DNA of 64,000 bases from Gammaproteobacteria bacterium (GTDB taxonomy: Bacteria; Pseudomonadota; Gammaproteobacteria; SZUA-229), in assembly GCA_029287435.1 (NCBI GenBank), contig JARFRD010000022.1, positions 433 to 64,432 on the forward strand, read 5' to 3'. The position numbers and the translations under genes were made by a program. The notes beneath the pieces are model-generated. The model was not told the DNA's origin, made no database searches, and worked only from the letters and a program-made list of their open reading frames with translations. Below, one piece after another: positions 63,962 through 64,000 of the stretch. How positions within the stretch are numbered: position 1 is the stretch's first letter; each line of letters opens with the position of its first letter.

Positions 63962-64000
63962 AATAATAGGGGACAGACCACGTTTTACGATATCGAGATA
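63961..64000 (+). repeat. family-C repeat, runs to the window edge
   Basis: GAATAATAGGGGACAGACCACGTTTTACGATATCGAGATA. Confidence 0.9.

Noticed and set aside
1-64000. tRNA, rRNA, tmRNA or other classical RNA genes
   Set aside because: I scanned the longer intergenic regions (1605-1836, 12392-12949, 25374-25741, 39591-40087, 43473-43735) and saw no cloverleaf-like or rRNA-like sequence. This is a by-eye check only; tRNAscan-SE or Infernal would be decisive.

Overview
This is a 64-kb chromosomal window, roughly 50% G+C by eye with a few AT-rich islets. Gene content looks proteobacterial, probably gammaproteobacterial, but I cannot name the organism. I call about 60 protein-coding genes. They include:
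- a 5'-truncated GH100 invertase, a secreted cupredoxin and a MerR-like regulator
- a bufferin-type RiPP operon (DUF2282 precursor, DUF692/MNIO, DUF2063)
- an AT-rich hydrolase next to a NYN/OST-HTH gene, and an asparaginase-II/ATP-grasp pair
- a Gly/Tyr/Pro tandem-repeat secreted protein
- a cytochrome b / DUF1924 / dihaem cytochrome c / PepSY / OmpR-HK cluster
- a DUF2126 / transglutaminase / GCS2-ligase / FGase cluster
- metY, a cold-shock protein, a desaturase, a TonB-dependent receptor, osmC, folE, a PLD-family protein, an acetolactate-synthase-like enzyme, msrA, several regulators and DUF proteins

I recognised no rRNA, tRNA, CRISPR array, transposase, integrase or phage gene.

The most interesting observations are:
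1. A five-gene minus-strand cluster (34.8-39.6 kb) is built round a MoxR AAA+ ATPase and a metallopeptidase-VWA protein. It has three partners I cannot assign. One partner shares a conserved C-terminal module with a second gene 7 kb away.
2. Two paralogous ~40-codon membrane-peptide ORFs fall below the ORF-track cutoff. One is divergent from the MerR-like regulator and the other from the MoxR cluster.
3. A duplicated leader-cargo-convergent-paralog cassette lies at 49.3-53.1 kb. One cargo is an orphan GspF-like gene that appears 1 nt out of frame with the shared start.
4. Three related short intergenic repeat families (about 40 copies) share a GGGG(T/A)C(A/G)GA core. They sit at gene ends, supply stop codons and flank gene fragments.

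All function calls come from my reading of the translated ORFs and motifs. No database search was run.
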